Assembly (NCBI GenBank): GCA_026023565.1
Contig: JAPETS010000040.1
Span: 124,001 to 188,000 of the forward strand
Length of the DNA stretch: 64,000 bases
From: Cirrosporium novae-zelandiae
Lineage: Eukaryota
Reading direction: 5' to 3'
Shown: piece by piece, positions 38,210 to 48,406 of the stretch
How positions within the stretch are numbered: the first letter of the stretch is position 1
Layout: each line of letters opens with the position of its first letter
Notes under the pieces: generated by a model
The model's database searches: none
What the model saw: only the letters and a program-made list of their open reading frames with translations
What the model was told of the DNA's origin: nothing
Program-made: the position numbers and the translations under genes

Positions 38210-40036
38210 CTACACAACCTCCCATAACCACCTTCTCAATTTCCCAAAAACGCCTTCTTCGCATTCACAGGGTTCGTATCGCTGCCGTTGTTGCTGCTCT
38301 CTGTTATCATAAATTTTGGGATTGTGATGGTTGTGATAATGACGACGATGACGGTGGTGATGGTCAGGAGTGTTCTTATAAGTCGCGGTAGCGACAGTGG
38401 AGGTGGGGACGGTGGTGGAGACGGTGGAGGGGGGAATGAAATCGTAGTTATGATCATGATTATAAGCATGGAAATATACGTCTCTGTATGACGGAGAAGG
38501 AGAAGAATTTTCTTCTGGGGATATGAATGTGGTGGGATGTTGTTGGTGAGGTTTGGGGATGTTGGTATTGTTGTCTCCTCCGTCGGATGGTATGTATGAT
38601 CCTGGGATGTTGTAATATTTTTCTTGTTTTTCTATTTCTTCCTCTTTCTTTTGTTTGATTTTGTGTTTGTGTTTGGGGGGTTCCTTTTCTTTTTCTTTTT
38701 CTTGTTCCTCTGAGGAGGCTTCCTGGGGTTTGAATATCGCGTCCCACCACCCGAGGCCTTGGGCTGTCGTTTTCGTTTTCGTTGTCATTGTCGTTGGTGT
38801 GGTTAGGTTTTTCGTTATCCTTTTTTCGAGACCATTCTTGCGACTCCTGGTGGGGCTTTCACTTTCATTATATTCTCCTAGGACTGAGAGGATTTTGTTT
38901 GAATCCTTGTGGTGGTGATGTCTCCCTCTTCTACCACTTTCGTCGCTCATGATATCGACATGTCTTGATAATGTCATCCTCGTTGAAATTAAATCATCCT
39001 CGCGTTCGCCTGCGAGCTCAACGATTTCCTGTCTTTGAGAAATTCTCTCTTTTGCGGCTTTTAGAGCCTTGAGGATTTCTAGCATGGTCCATTCGAGGGT
39101 TTGGTCCATCGAGGCATCGGGGTTGGTTTGGACTAGGAGGTTTGCGGCTGAGCAGGCGGGTTGGTTCATGGTTGTAAGGATAGGAATGGAAATAGGGGTG
39201 ATGCTTGAGGAGGTGGAGGTATGGCTCGAGGCAAAGAAGATAGCGTGCTCGTGTGCAAAGTCGAGAGATCGTGAGATGTCGTCCTCGAATCCGCCTACTG
39301 GTGAGGCACCTTTTGGTTTGGGAGGGGATGTTATGGTGCTCGTGGTTGGAGCGCGGAGGAATATCTTGATGTCGATTTCTTCTCTTAATTTCCGGATTGG
39401 ATAGAGAAGCGGTCCCTCCACAAGAGCTAGGATTATGTCTGGCTCGAGTAGTTGGAATGGTGCAACATGCTCTAGTAGTGTTTTCTTAAAACTGTCTAAG
39501 AAATCATTTGGAATAAGCTTCTTCGCTGCGGCTAGTTGCTCCGGTGTCGTGTGTACGGAAACAACACCTGTTGGTAAGACAGCATGGGCGTGGAGATAGT
39601 GTAAGTTATGGGCGAGGGCAGGGATGTCGAGGGAGGTGCGGTAAGATGGCTGGAGGTGTAGGTTGAACGTTGCGGATGGAGGGGTTGGGAGGAGGAATGC
39701 ATCCTCATGTAGGAGAAAGCGAATGGGAAGGACAAAGGAAAGAAGGTGGGATAGAGGAACTACGAGTGAGGATGAAGGGCCAGAGAGGCCGATGATGAAA
39801 ACAGTGGGTTTGAGCTGTCTGAAAGTGGGCAGAATAACTGGCTTGATGTTTGGCGGAATGCTTTCCGATAGACTTCTGTGTGCTTGATGAGGTGCAGTCA
39901 GCGAGGCGTCTTTTGATGAAGCTGCATGCTTGGAAGAAGCAGCTGAAGGCGAGACGACGATGGAAAGAGTATTAGAAGCGTCTGAGCGAGGGTTTGCTCC
40001 CACGCTCTGGGGCCTATTCGATTTGGTAGACTGCAT
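38210..40036 (-). CDS. Nicotinamide riboside kinase (Nrk1)-like P-loop protein with degenerate Walker A and a long low-complexity C-terminus
   Basis: 608-aa ORF. IIGLSGPSSS, LLHEDAF, ALVEGPLLY and IDIKIFLRA occur in the order of fungal Nrk1 motifs, but GKTT is replaced by LVVP. Confidence 0.7.
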   Translation of the reverse strand: MQSTKSNRPQSVGANPRSDASNTLSIVVSPSAASSKHAASSKDASLTAPHQAHRSLSESIPPNIKPVILPTFRQLKPTVFIIGLSGPSSSLVVPLSHLLSFVLPIRFLLHEDAFLLPTPPSATFNLHLQPSYRTSLDIPALAHNLHYLHAHAVLPTGVVSVHTTPEQLAAAKKLIPNDFLDSFKKTLLEHVAPFQLLEPDIILALVEGPLLYPIRKLREEIDIKIFLRAPTTSTITSPPKPKGASPVGGFEDDISRSLDFAHEHAIFFASSHTSTSSSITPISIPILTTMNQPACSAANLLVQTNPDASMDQTLEWTMLEILKALKAAKERISQRQEIVELAGEREDDLISTRMTLSRHVDIMSDESGRRGRHHHHKDSNKILSVLGEYNESESPTRSRKNGLEKRITKNLTTPTTMTTKTKTTAQGLGWWDAIFKPQEASSEEQEKEKEKEPPKHKHKIKQKKEEEIEKQEKYYNIPGSYIPSDGGDNNTNIPKPHQQHPTTFISPEENSSPSPSYRDVYFHAYNHDHNYDFIPPSTVSTTVPTSTVATATYKNTPDHHHRHRRHYHNHHNPKIYDNREQQQRQRYEPCECEEGVFGKLRRWLWEVV

Positions 40037-40215
40037 CTCTTAAACTATGGAGTGTATGAATCTTGCAGTTTGAGTTTCTGAAGAGTTGAGAGAAGAGAAG
40101 AAAAATGATGCGTTTGCAGCGCGAGATGTACAAGCCATGCTTCCATGATGTACCCAAGGCCGTTACAACCATTCACAATTTCTCAGCCCTTCACCGTGAA
40201 CAATTTCTTCATTCT

Positions 40216-42305
40216 CTACCATGTCTCCTGCTTGTATCTTCCATTCTTCTCCATGGTCATGAGTAATTTTTCTGCCTGATCTCTCTCAATGTTTCCCTCT
40301 TTCTCAAATGTTTCAATCAGGGCTTCGCGAACAGCCTGAGGCATCTTTCCAGATGATCCACAGATATAAACAATACCACCCTGATTAAAGAGCAAATTGT
40401 ACACCAGTTTCGACTGTTCTCGGATTTTGTCCTGTACATATATCTTCTCACGTTGATCTCGAGAAAAGGCTGGATAAACTTCTAGACTCATCTGGTCATG
40501 GAGCTTGGCCCAATCATCATGGTAGAAGAAGTCTGCATTTTGGCTTCGACAACCAAAGAAAAGAACAGTTTTTGCGACAAATTCATGACCATTCGCATTG
40601 TTCATATTGCCATTTTCAACCAACTTGAGCTGCTCAGCCCACTGATACCGTTCCCATATCAACGATCGCATAGGGGCCACACCAGTTCCTGGACCTACAA
40701 GCACAACTGGACGATGCGCTTCGGCTCTAGTAATGTTAAGACCGCCTTTCTGAACAGTTATATTAAGTTTGGATCCAGTGGGAAGAGATGCCAGATATCG
40801 AGTGCAAACACCTTGGCGAATCTTTCGAATCACTGTTTGATATTTGACTATGGCAACTAAAAGATCAATACTGGTGTTTCCTTTTACGTTGTGCTTCAGA
40901 GCACCTCCGCTTGCGATGCTGAATTGTCTTCCTCGAAGAAGAGGAAATATTGAGGCTGCCCATTGAAAGGGGATATTAACACTCGAAAATTCCTGTAGAA
41001 CCTCTAAGATACTTCGTCTAGGTCTAGTTGTATAATCATATAACTCATCTATCAACTCTGGGTTGGTGAATTCTAATAGGCGCTCTTTGTGCGAGTCATC
41101 AGAAGTAAAATGGGCCAAGTTTGAAAAGAATGTGCGACGCGGTATTGCAGTAATGTCCAAGTAATTTAAAAGTAGGCTTCTTAGTGTAAGTTTTGGATAT
41201 GGGAGGACATGCATTATCGGAGGTGGAGGATACAGTTTTAGATCTAGGACTTCACCACTTGGGATAAACTCGACAGGTCGGTCGGCAAATTGGGTCCAGC
41301 CCATGTCGGAGAGTAACTCGTCAACATCTTTCGGGAAGTTCTTTGGGTATATGGTCACAATATCTCCTGGAGTATAATTTGATGACTCTCCTACCGAGAG
41401 ATTTAGGTGCCGAACATCTTGATAGTGGCTTTCTGGTGTTATTCTTTTATTTGCCGTTAAAACCGCAGTCAATGAACCTTTGATAGGCAGGAGGTGGTCT
41501 GGCGGGAGCAATCTATCCTCATTGATCTGAACCGGCCTTGCAAAATTAGAATCCTCAAGAAACCTTAGTTTCCATTTTGGTTCGAGAAACTCGGTATTTG
41601 ATCTGGGGGATAGACCATGGGGTAATGGATAAGCACCCAAAAGATATTTTCGAAGGCCAATGGACCAAGGTAGGAAACTAGCATCGAGACTATACAAATG
41701 TTATCATCCTATATTTTCTATCAAGACAAGACTTGAGATAGGATACCCTTCTGGATGTTGCTCATCAGCTTCCCCACGAGGATAAACTTCCCGTGCTCCA
41801 AGTTGAACAAGGCGTTTGTGCAACTTTCTAGCTGCCCAATTAAATCTACAACCCGTTAGTCTGATGTTTAGGATTATGGGAGAAGGATCAACGAAACTTT
41901 GGATAAGAACTGTCACCCAGTCCGAAAATAGCAAAGTTGACGCTCTGGAGATAATTGGGAGGCAATCGTTTCCTTAGCAGAGATTTCCAGAATTTTCGGG
42001 CATTAAGTGGTAGATCGCCTTGACCTGTAGTCGATATGACAAATATGACAATTGTATAATTACCCAGATTACTCTGTTCAGGCCATAGTCAGTGTTCAAA
42101 TTCTATGGAAAAATCTACATCTACAAGACATGGGATGGCTTACAAGGTTGGCAGCATCAAGTTCTGAGATAGTTGTAGAAAACCAAAGCCTTTCTGTGAT
42201 GCGGCCCAGTTCATCAGCAGCATCCTGGGAATTTCCGGTTTCACTGCCATAGACAATAAGGGCGTTTCGGGGACATCGGGTGGCTGATAGGCTGTTTGCT
42301 GCCAT
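40216..42305 (-). CDS. TAH18: NADPH-dependent diflavin oxidoreductase 1 (NDOR1/Tah18)
   Basis: Flavodoxin motifs YGSETGN, STTGQG and GLGDSSYPKFNWAARKL; FAD/NADP motifs RQFSIAS, GVCT, GPGTGVAPMRS, FFGCR, AFSRDQ, YICGSSGKMP and terminal RYKQETW. Introns 42074-42143, 41846-41897 and 41690-41746. Confidence 0.96.
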
Positions 42306-43143
42306 GGGCGCAAATGTGATTGAAAACCGTTTGTCGGCTGAGGGCAATGGAAGAAAAAGAAATACCAGCCAAAAGCCGAATTAGAAATTTGATATTTTGG
42401 TTTGGTTGAGTTGAGCTGAGATGAGTCTATTTGAGTCAGTCACCAAAGAAGAGGAAGATTGAAATTGACGTCATTGAGATATTTATTAATTACATTTGGT
42501 ATTACTTTGGTATTACTTTGGTATTACTTTGGCATCTTAAGGTGTTTGGTCCAAAGGTTGTTTTAATTTTGTAAAAAGTTTCCTAGTCACGATTGTCTAA
42601 CAATGTTAGATACAGAGATACAGAGATACAGAGATACAGACCATGTCACACAAAGTAATTAATCAATCCGGTGATGAGGTATCCAAACATTTTAGGGCTG
42701 CATTGTGGCTGATAAAATGTTGGGGGCTAGACACGCCATGTTTGTTGACATCAATCACTCCACCCAGTTCCAAAGACGTTTTGATTTTTTAAAGAAATTC
42801 ATCATCAATCAAGTAGAAAAGAGGGGAAGAAGAGGGGCAAATTGAGAAAGTTCAAAGAAAGTAAAGAGTGAAAGAGGATGGTGACCACCGAAATGCATCA
42901 AATAGGAGATTCGGTTCTTGAAAGTTGGTATAGTTTGTGTGTAATATGGTTACTTATCCAGGTATCTAAGGTATCAATGTGTAAATAGAGATAGAGAGAG
43001 ATGAAATCTGGTAAATTAGCGGTGTATCAATTCAATCAATAAATGAATTATAAAGATCGATTGATTGGTGATTGGTGGTTAATATTTGGAAAGGCGTTAA
43101 TGAAATACGTTGTAAGATATTGATTATAATTACTTGTGTACGG

Positions 43144-43260
43144 TGTGTATTGTGTGTATTGTGTGTATTGTGTGTATTGTGTGTATTGTGTGTATTGTGT
43201 GTATTGTGTGTATTGTGTGTATTGTGTGTATTGTGTGTATTGTGTGTATTGTGTGTATTG
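43144..43260. repeat. Perfect 9-bp minisatellite (TGTGTATTG) x13
   Basis: Read directly, in the divergent TAH18 / RRM-gene spacer. It generates the CVL, CIV and HTI spurious ORFs. Confidence 0.97.
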
Positions 43261-43850
43261 TGTACGTGTATGTATCGGTGGTTATTCTTGCCGGAGAGTT
43301 TTCTAGGTGTTTTCTGGTCTCCAACAGTAGGCTTTCCTACGGGTTACCAACTACCATGACTCCCCCTAGACTGCCTAAAGCTTGTTGGTTCTTTCTTTCG
43401 CCCTTGCAGCCCAAAATGACAACTTTGCCATCTTTGGTCGCCATCACTTGTAACCAGCAGTATATATTACACCCATTACCACTCATTAGGTACTTGACAC
43501 TGCCTCGTTACTCGTTGTTCCTCGTTCCTGCTGGTTCCAAAATTCACACCCCCAAAAATTAATCCTGGTCATTTTTAATTTTCGCCCTTGCCCCTTCACC
43601 GGCTTCTTCTATTTCTTCCTTCCCTTCCCTCTTCTTTTGAATCATCAAGCAGTTCAACCCCCCCAATTCCAACCTATCTTGACAATCAAAACCTCTCCGC
43701 CCACTTCTCAAGTCTTTTGTATCTAGGGCACCAAGCTACCCTATCTCCCTCGAACAGAGTAGTTCCATAAGGCGGCCTAAGCTACCTGAGCCTATCCATT
43801 TCAAGTTACGACAACTCATCTCCTCAGATCTCACAACTCAACAGCTAAAT

Positions 43851-45080
43851 ATGTCTTCAACTGCCGCCGACAACATCACTGAAGCTATGGCCAGCGCCTC
43901 CATTAATGATTCTGCCAGTACTCCCGCAGCTGGTGCCAACACTACCACTGGTGGTGACAAGCCCATCAACGCTGCTCAAAATGAGGCTGTTATTGCAAGT
44001 GCTGCCGAAGGTCGCCGTTTGTACATCGGTAACCTGGCCTACGCAACTACTGAGGGAGAACTGAAGGATTTCTTCAAGGACTTCCCCGTGTAAGTGGTCC
44101 TCAGAACCCTCACCTGAACCTTACTTCTACTTTGGACAGGTGTCCTGACATAATTTTTTATAGCGAGTCAACTTCTATTCCAGTCAACCCACGTACTACT
44201 CGTCCCGTCGGCTATGCTTTCGTCGATCTCAAAACTGCTGAGGATGCAACCCGCGCCATCTCTGAACTTTCCGGAAAAGAGATCTTGGAACGCAAGGTTT
44301 CGGTTCAACTTGCCCGCAAGCCTGAACCTGCTGGAGAGAAGGGCGAAGGAACCGATGGAGTAAATGGTGGAGAGGGTCGCCGTCGGTCCGGACGTGGACG
44401 TGGCCGTGGCCGATTCCGTGGCGGTCGAAGTGGCCGTGGTGGTCGTTCGGTACGTAATATCCTTCTTTCCTTTCATTTACCTTGAACAGTGCTGACCCTA
44501 CGGCAAGCGCCAGCAGAATGGCGAAAACTCTCCAACTGAAGGTCCTACAAATGTCGCTGCTCCTTTGACCGAAAAGACTAACGAGACCCTCAATGCAGAG
44601 GCTGGCGCTGCTGGAACTACGGATGCGTCCAAGTCCAAGCAGCCACGTGCCCCCCGTCGTCAACGTGGACCTCCTGAAGATGGTGTTCCTTCCAAGACCA
44701 AGATCATGGTTGCTAACCTCCCTTACGACTTGACCGAAGAAAAACTCAAGGAACTGTTTGCCGCTTACGAACCATCTTCGGCCAAGATTGCCCTTCGTCC
44801 TATTCCTCGATTCATGATTAAGAAACTCCAATCCCGCAACGAACCCCGCAAGGGTCGTGGCTTCGGCTTCGTCACCCTTGGTTCCGAAGAACTGCAGCAG
44901 AAGGCTGTCAGCGAAATGAATGGCAAGGAAATTGAGGGTCGCGAAATTGCGGTCAAGGTCGCTATTGACAGTCCAGGAAAGGAGTCGGATGGTGAGGGTG
45001 CCCACGAGGAGCAGAAGGAGAACGGTGTTGCTGCTGAAGAGCCAGCAGAGGCTGCTGCTCCTGTTGCCGCTGCCGAATAG
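43851..45080 (+). CDS. RNA-binding protein with RRM-RGG-RRM architecture (Sbp1-like)
   Basis: RRM1 has RLYIGNLAY and GYAFVDL; RGG box RGRGRGRFRGGRSGRGG; RRM2 has IMVANLPY and RGFGFV. Introns 44090-44163 and 44450 to about 44507-44516. Confidence 0.9.
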
Positions 45081-45623
45081 AGGCACTTCGGTTCTCGGAT
45101 CAAGTCTTGCTGCCAGGCGATCCTTGACAATTTTTCTTTTTTCTTCACCAGCCACTGCGCGCTAGTTGCCTTTGCTGTATCTTAGGTGGTAAAATGTATT
45201 GGCGGTTATCCTAGTGAGAATCATAGTCCTCGGTGGATTCTCCTGAAGCAGGAGAGGGTATCGTGGGTTCTATGTGTTGGCAGCTGCTAATGAGGTGCTT
45301 TCTGCTGGCTAATGATTCTACTTCTTCTAAAGTGTCTTTACTTGTACTTTTAGAGGAAAAACTCTCTTGGCGGGCACGAGAACACATTTTGATAGGTATG
45401 CAGATAATGGCAGCATATGATGACCTGACAATGCACTATTGGCAATGGCGCACCTCGACTCCTATCCCTTATAACGTAAAGGGTAAGTAGGTGAAACTAC
45501 TGCCATGTAAAGTATAGAAATTGGCGTGGGTAATTGGTAGGGTCTGACCCTTGTAATTACCAGGTAATGTGGGTAATTAATTAACGGGAGCTTGACGATG
45601 TTATTTTGGGAGACGCTAAAAAT

Positions 45624-45639
45624 CGCTTATCGATAAGCG
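45624..45639. promoter_or_regulatory. Perfect 16-bp palindrome CGCTTATCGATAAGCG (inverted GATA pair around TATCGATA) upstream of GCS1
   Basis: The palindrome is read directly, about 80 nt upstream of the ATG at 45718; its regulatory role is inferred. Confidence 0.5.
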
Positions 45640-45717
45640 CTTAGCGCCTATATTGGGATATCCCTCAACATCACAAGAATGGCATACTCCTTTCTTTGAA
45701 AAAAACAATTAAGCAAG

Positions 45718-47199
45718 ATGTCGCATTGGGAGGTGGACCCAGAGACGAGGACGAAGGTATGTTGTTTTGGAAATTACTTTGATTCTGTCGAACAATTACC
45801 GAGTCCCATTCACTGAAATTCCCCTTGAATTCGAGATTCCAAGATCCTTCGAGCTAACCCCTAGCTTCTTCAAAAACTACACAGCTCCTCACGCTCCAAC
45901 AACAACCCGCAAACTCGAAATGTGTCGACTGCAACGCCCCCTCCCCGCAATGGGCCTCCCCCAAAAACGGCATCTTCATGTGCCTCACCTGCGCCGGCAT
46001 CCATCGCGGTCTCGGCGTGCACATCTCCTTCGTCCGCAGCATCACCATGGATTCCCTCAAAACCCCTGAACTGAAACGCATGGAGCTGGGTGGCAATGAT
46101 CGGTGGAAGGATTTCTTCAACGCGCATGACGTCAACAAGAGCCAGGGACGGACATTCGAAGAATTAACTATCAAGGAGCGGTACGAAGGCGAAGTCGCAG
46201 AGGAGTGGCGGAGGCGTCTGGCAGCACGAGCTGAGGGGAAAGAATTTGTACCACTGACGGTAGAGGAGAAAGCTAGACTAAATGGAAGCATCAACTCCCC
46301 CGCAACCTCAAACACAGGTGTGGGCGTCACCAGAAGCAGCTCCATAATCCGCCAATCGCGATCCCGCACAGCTAACTCCTCCTCATCAACATCGCATCTC
46401 CGAAAAAACGAATCCATATCCTCATCTTCGACGCCACGTTCCGGGTCCCCCCAAAAACCATCCCTTCCCCCCTCCCAAAAAGAAAAAAACGAAGCCTATT
46501 TTGCGAAAATGGGTGCTGCGAATGCGGGACGTTCGGAGCATCTGCCTCCCTCGCAGGGAGGCAAGTATGCTGGGTTTGGGAGCGATCCGTTTCCGGATTC
46601 GAGGGGGGATGAGAATGGGAATGGGGAGGGGCCGCCGGGGTTAGATGAGTGGCAGAAGGACCCTGTGGGGGCGCTGACAAAGGGGTTTGGGTGGTTTACG
46701 ACTACGGTTGGGAAGGGGGCGAAGCAGGTTAACGATGAGTGGTTGGTTCCTGGGGTGCAGAAGGTGAGTGGTGTCTATGAGATTCCTTCTTTTCTCTTCT
46801 TCATACCCCCCCCCCCCCCCAAATCCAAGAAACTAACCTCAAATTCAGATCCAACAATCCGACGCCCTATCCCAAGCCCGTCAAACCGCCGCAACCGCCT
46901 CTCGATCCCTAAACCAATCCTTTAACAATTTTGTCGAAGGTGGGGGTAACCCAAACAACCACAACTCCTCCTCTTCCCTTTCCTATACCTCAACTCGAAG
47001 AAGAGAACCGGAGAAAAAAGACTTTTGGGATAGTTTTGGTGCTGCTGATGCTAGTGGTGGGAATGGAGGGGGTGGAGGTGGAGGAGCGATGGCGGGGGGT
47101 GCTATTGGTACGAGTACTATGAAGGGGGGGAGTGGGAACGGGGGTGGGAATGGGGGAAATAGTGGGAAGGATGGGTGGGGGGATGATGATGATTGGTAA
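45718..47199 (+). CDS. GCS1: ADP-ribosylation factor GTPase-activating protein (Gcs1/ArfGAP1 type)
   Basis: MSHWEVDPETRTK|LLTLQ.., zinc finger CVDC-x16-CLTC, AGIHRGLGVHISFVRSITMD, MELGGN, PPSQGGKYAGFGS, ALPS-like DPVGALTKGFGWF and KDFWDSF. Introns 45757-45884 and 46764-46848. Confidence 0.95.
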
Positions 47200-48406
47200 G
47201 AGAGTGAGGGGGGGTGAGAGGGGGTTACTATACTACTGGCTGTGGCTGTACTGTATTTGATATTTGACATGGAAAGAGGTGGATGGGGGAGGGAGGGGTG
47301 GGTGGATGGATATAGAGGATGCTGGAAAAGTGCTTGAGTCGGTTATACGTGTGCGTGTCCAGCTGTCAGTGCAATAAACAGAGACAAAGCAAAGCAGAGA
47401 CAGAGACAGAGCAGACATGGGACATATGGCCTATTTTCTTCTATCCATACTTGTCCGTTCGGGATTCTTTTTCATTCAGGCTGTTTTCTAGGGAAACGGA
47501 AAAGAAAATATTCCCCCTTTTTTTGTTGTTGTTATTGTAATAGTTTATTATTATATTATACTAAATAGATTGTGGAAATTAGGACCTTTCTTTTTTGAGA
47601 GAGAGAGAGGGAGAGAGATTGAGTTTAGGATGGGAGTTTTTTTTAGTATATAAATAGAAATAGAAATATACATACATATATTAGGAGAGTGTTTTTTTTT
47701 AGTATACAAGAATTTAAATATACATACACACATGGTAGGAGAGTTTTTTTTTTTTTTTAGATATAGTACATCTATTTGCTTCCCTTGCTTTGCTTTTTGC
47801 TTTTCCCTCAAAATTGAATTGAGATTGAGATTGAATCGAGACCCTTCTTTTTCTTTTTCCTTTTTTTTTTTAAGGGAGAGAGGAAAGAGGAAAGGGGAAA
47901 GAGGAAAGAAAAGAAAAAATGTAATAAGAATGGAATAGTAATTAGGGGAGCGGGGGGCGCGGAGGTATATATATCGTACACGTACAAGAATCTGCAAAGA
48001 TTATGTGTGCCTTTTTTTTTACTAGGCAAAGAGTAAGGAAGCCATAACGTGACTTGAAACTTCCATCCATAGAAATTAAACCAAAGAGGTGGGGAAGGAA
48101 GGGAAGAAAAGAAGGAAAGATGGAAAGAAGAAAGAAATGGCTTACCCGTTGTACATGTACATGCATGTAGGACTTGGTGATTCAGGGAGTCTGTAATGTC
48201 ATGGAATGGGATTGGGATTGGGGTTCGACCATCACCATCACCATCAATCACCATCGATGAACCTCCCCTCTCCTTCTCCTTTTCCCTCTCCCTCCCACAA
48301 AGCTCAAGACATCATTATACCCGTACCATCCAACCCATCCACATAACCTAATCCCATCCCCAGAACCAAGTATCCAGATATCCCGCATCTCAGACCCCCA
48401 TGGAAT

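Noticed and set aside
43072..43562. Cys-rich ORFs (CVLCVL.., CIVCIV..) resembling metallothioneins
   Set aside because: They are translations of the (TGTGTATTG)13 minisatellite, open in several frames, with no coding features.
44229..45155. 308-aa antisense ORF over the RRM gene (also long antisense ORFs over ELP1, DENN and ECM33)
   Set aside because: These are shadow ORFs expected from the codon bias of the sense gene; they have no recognisable motifs.
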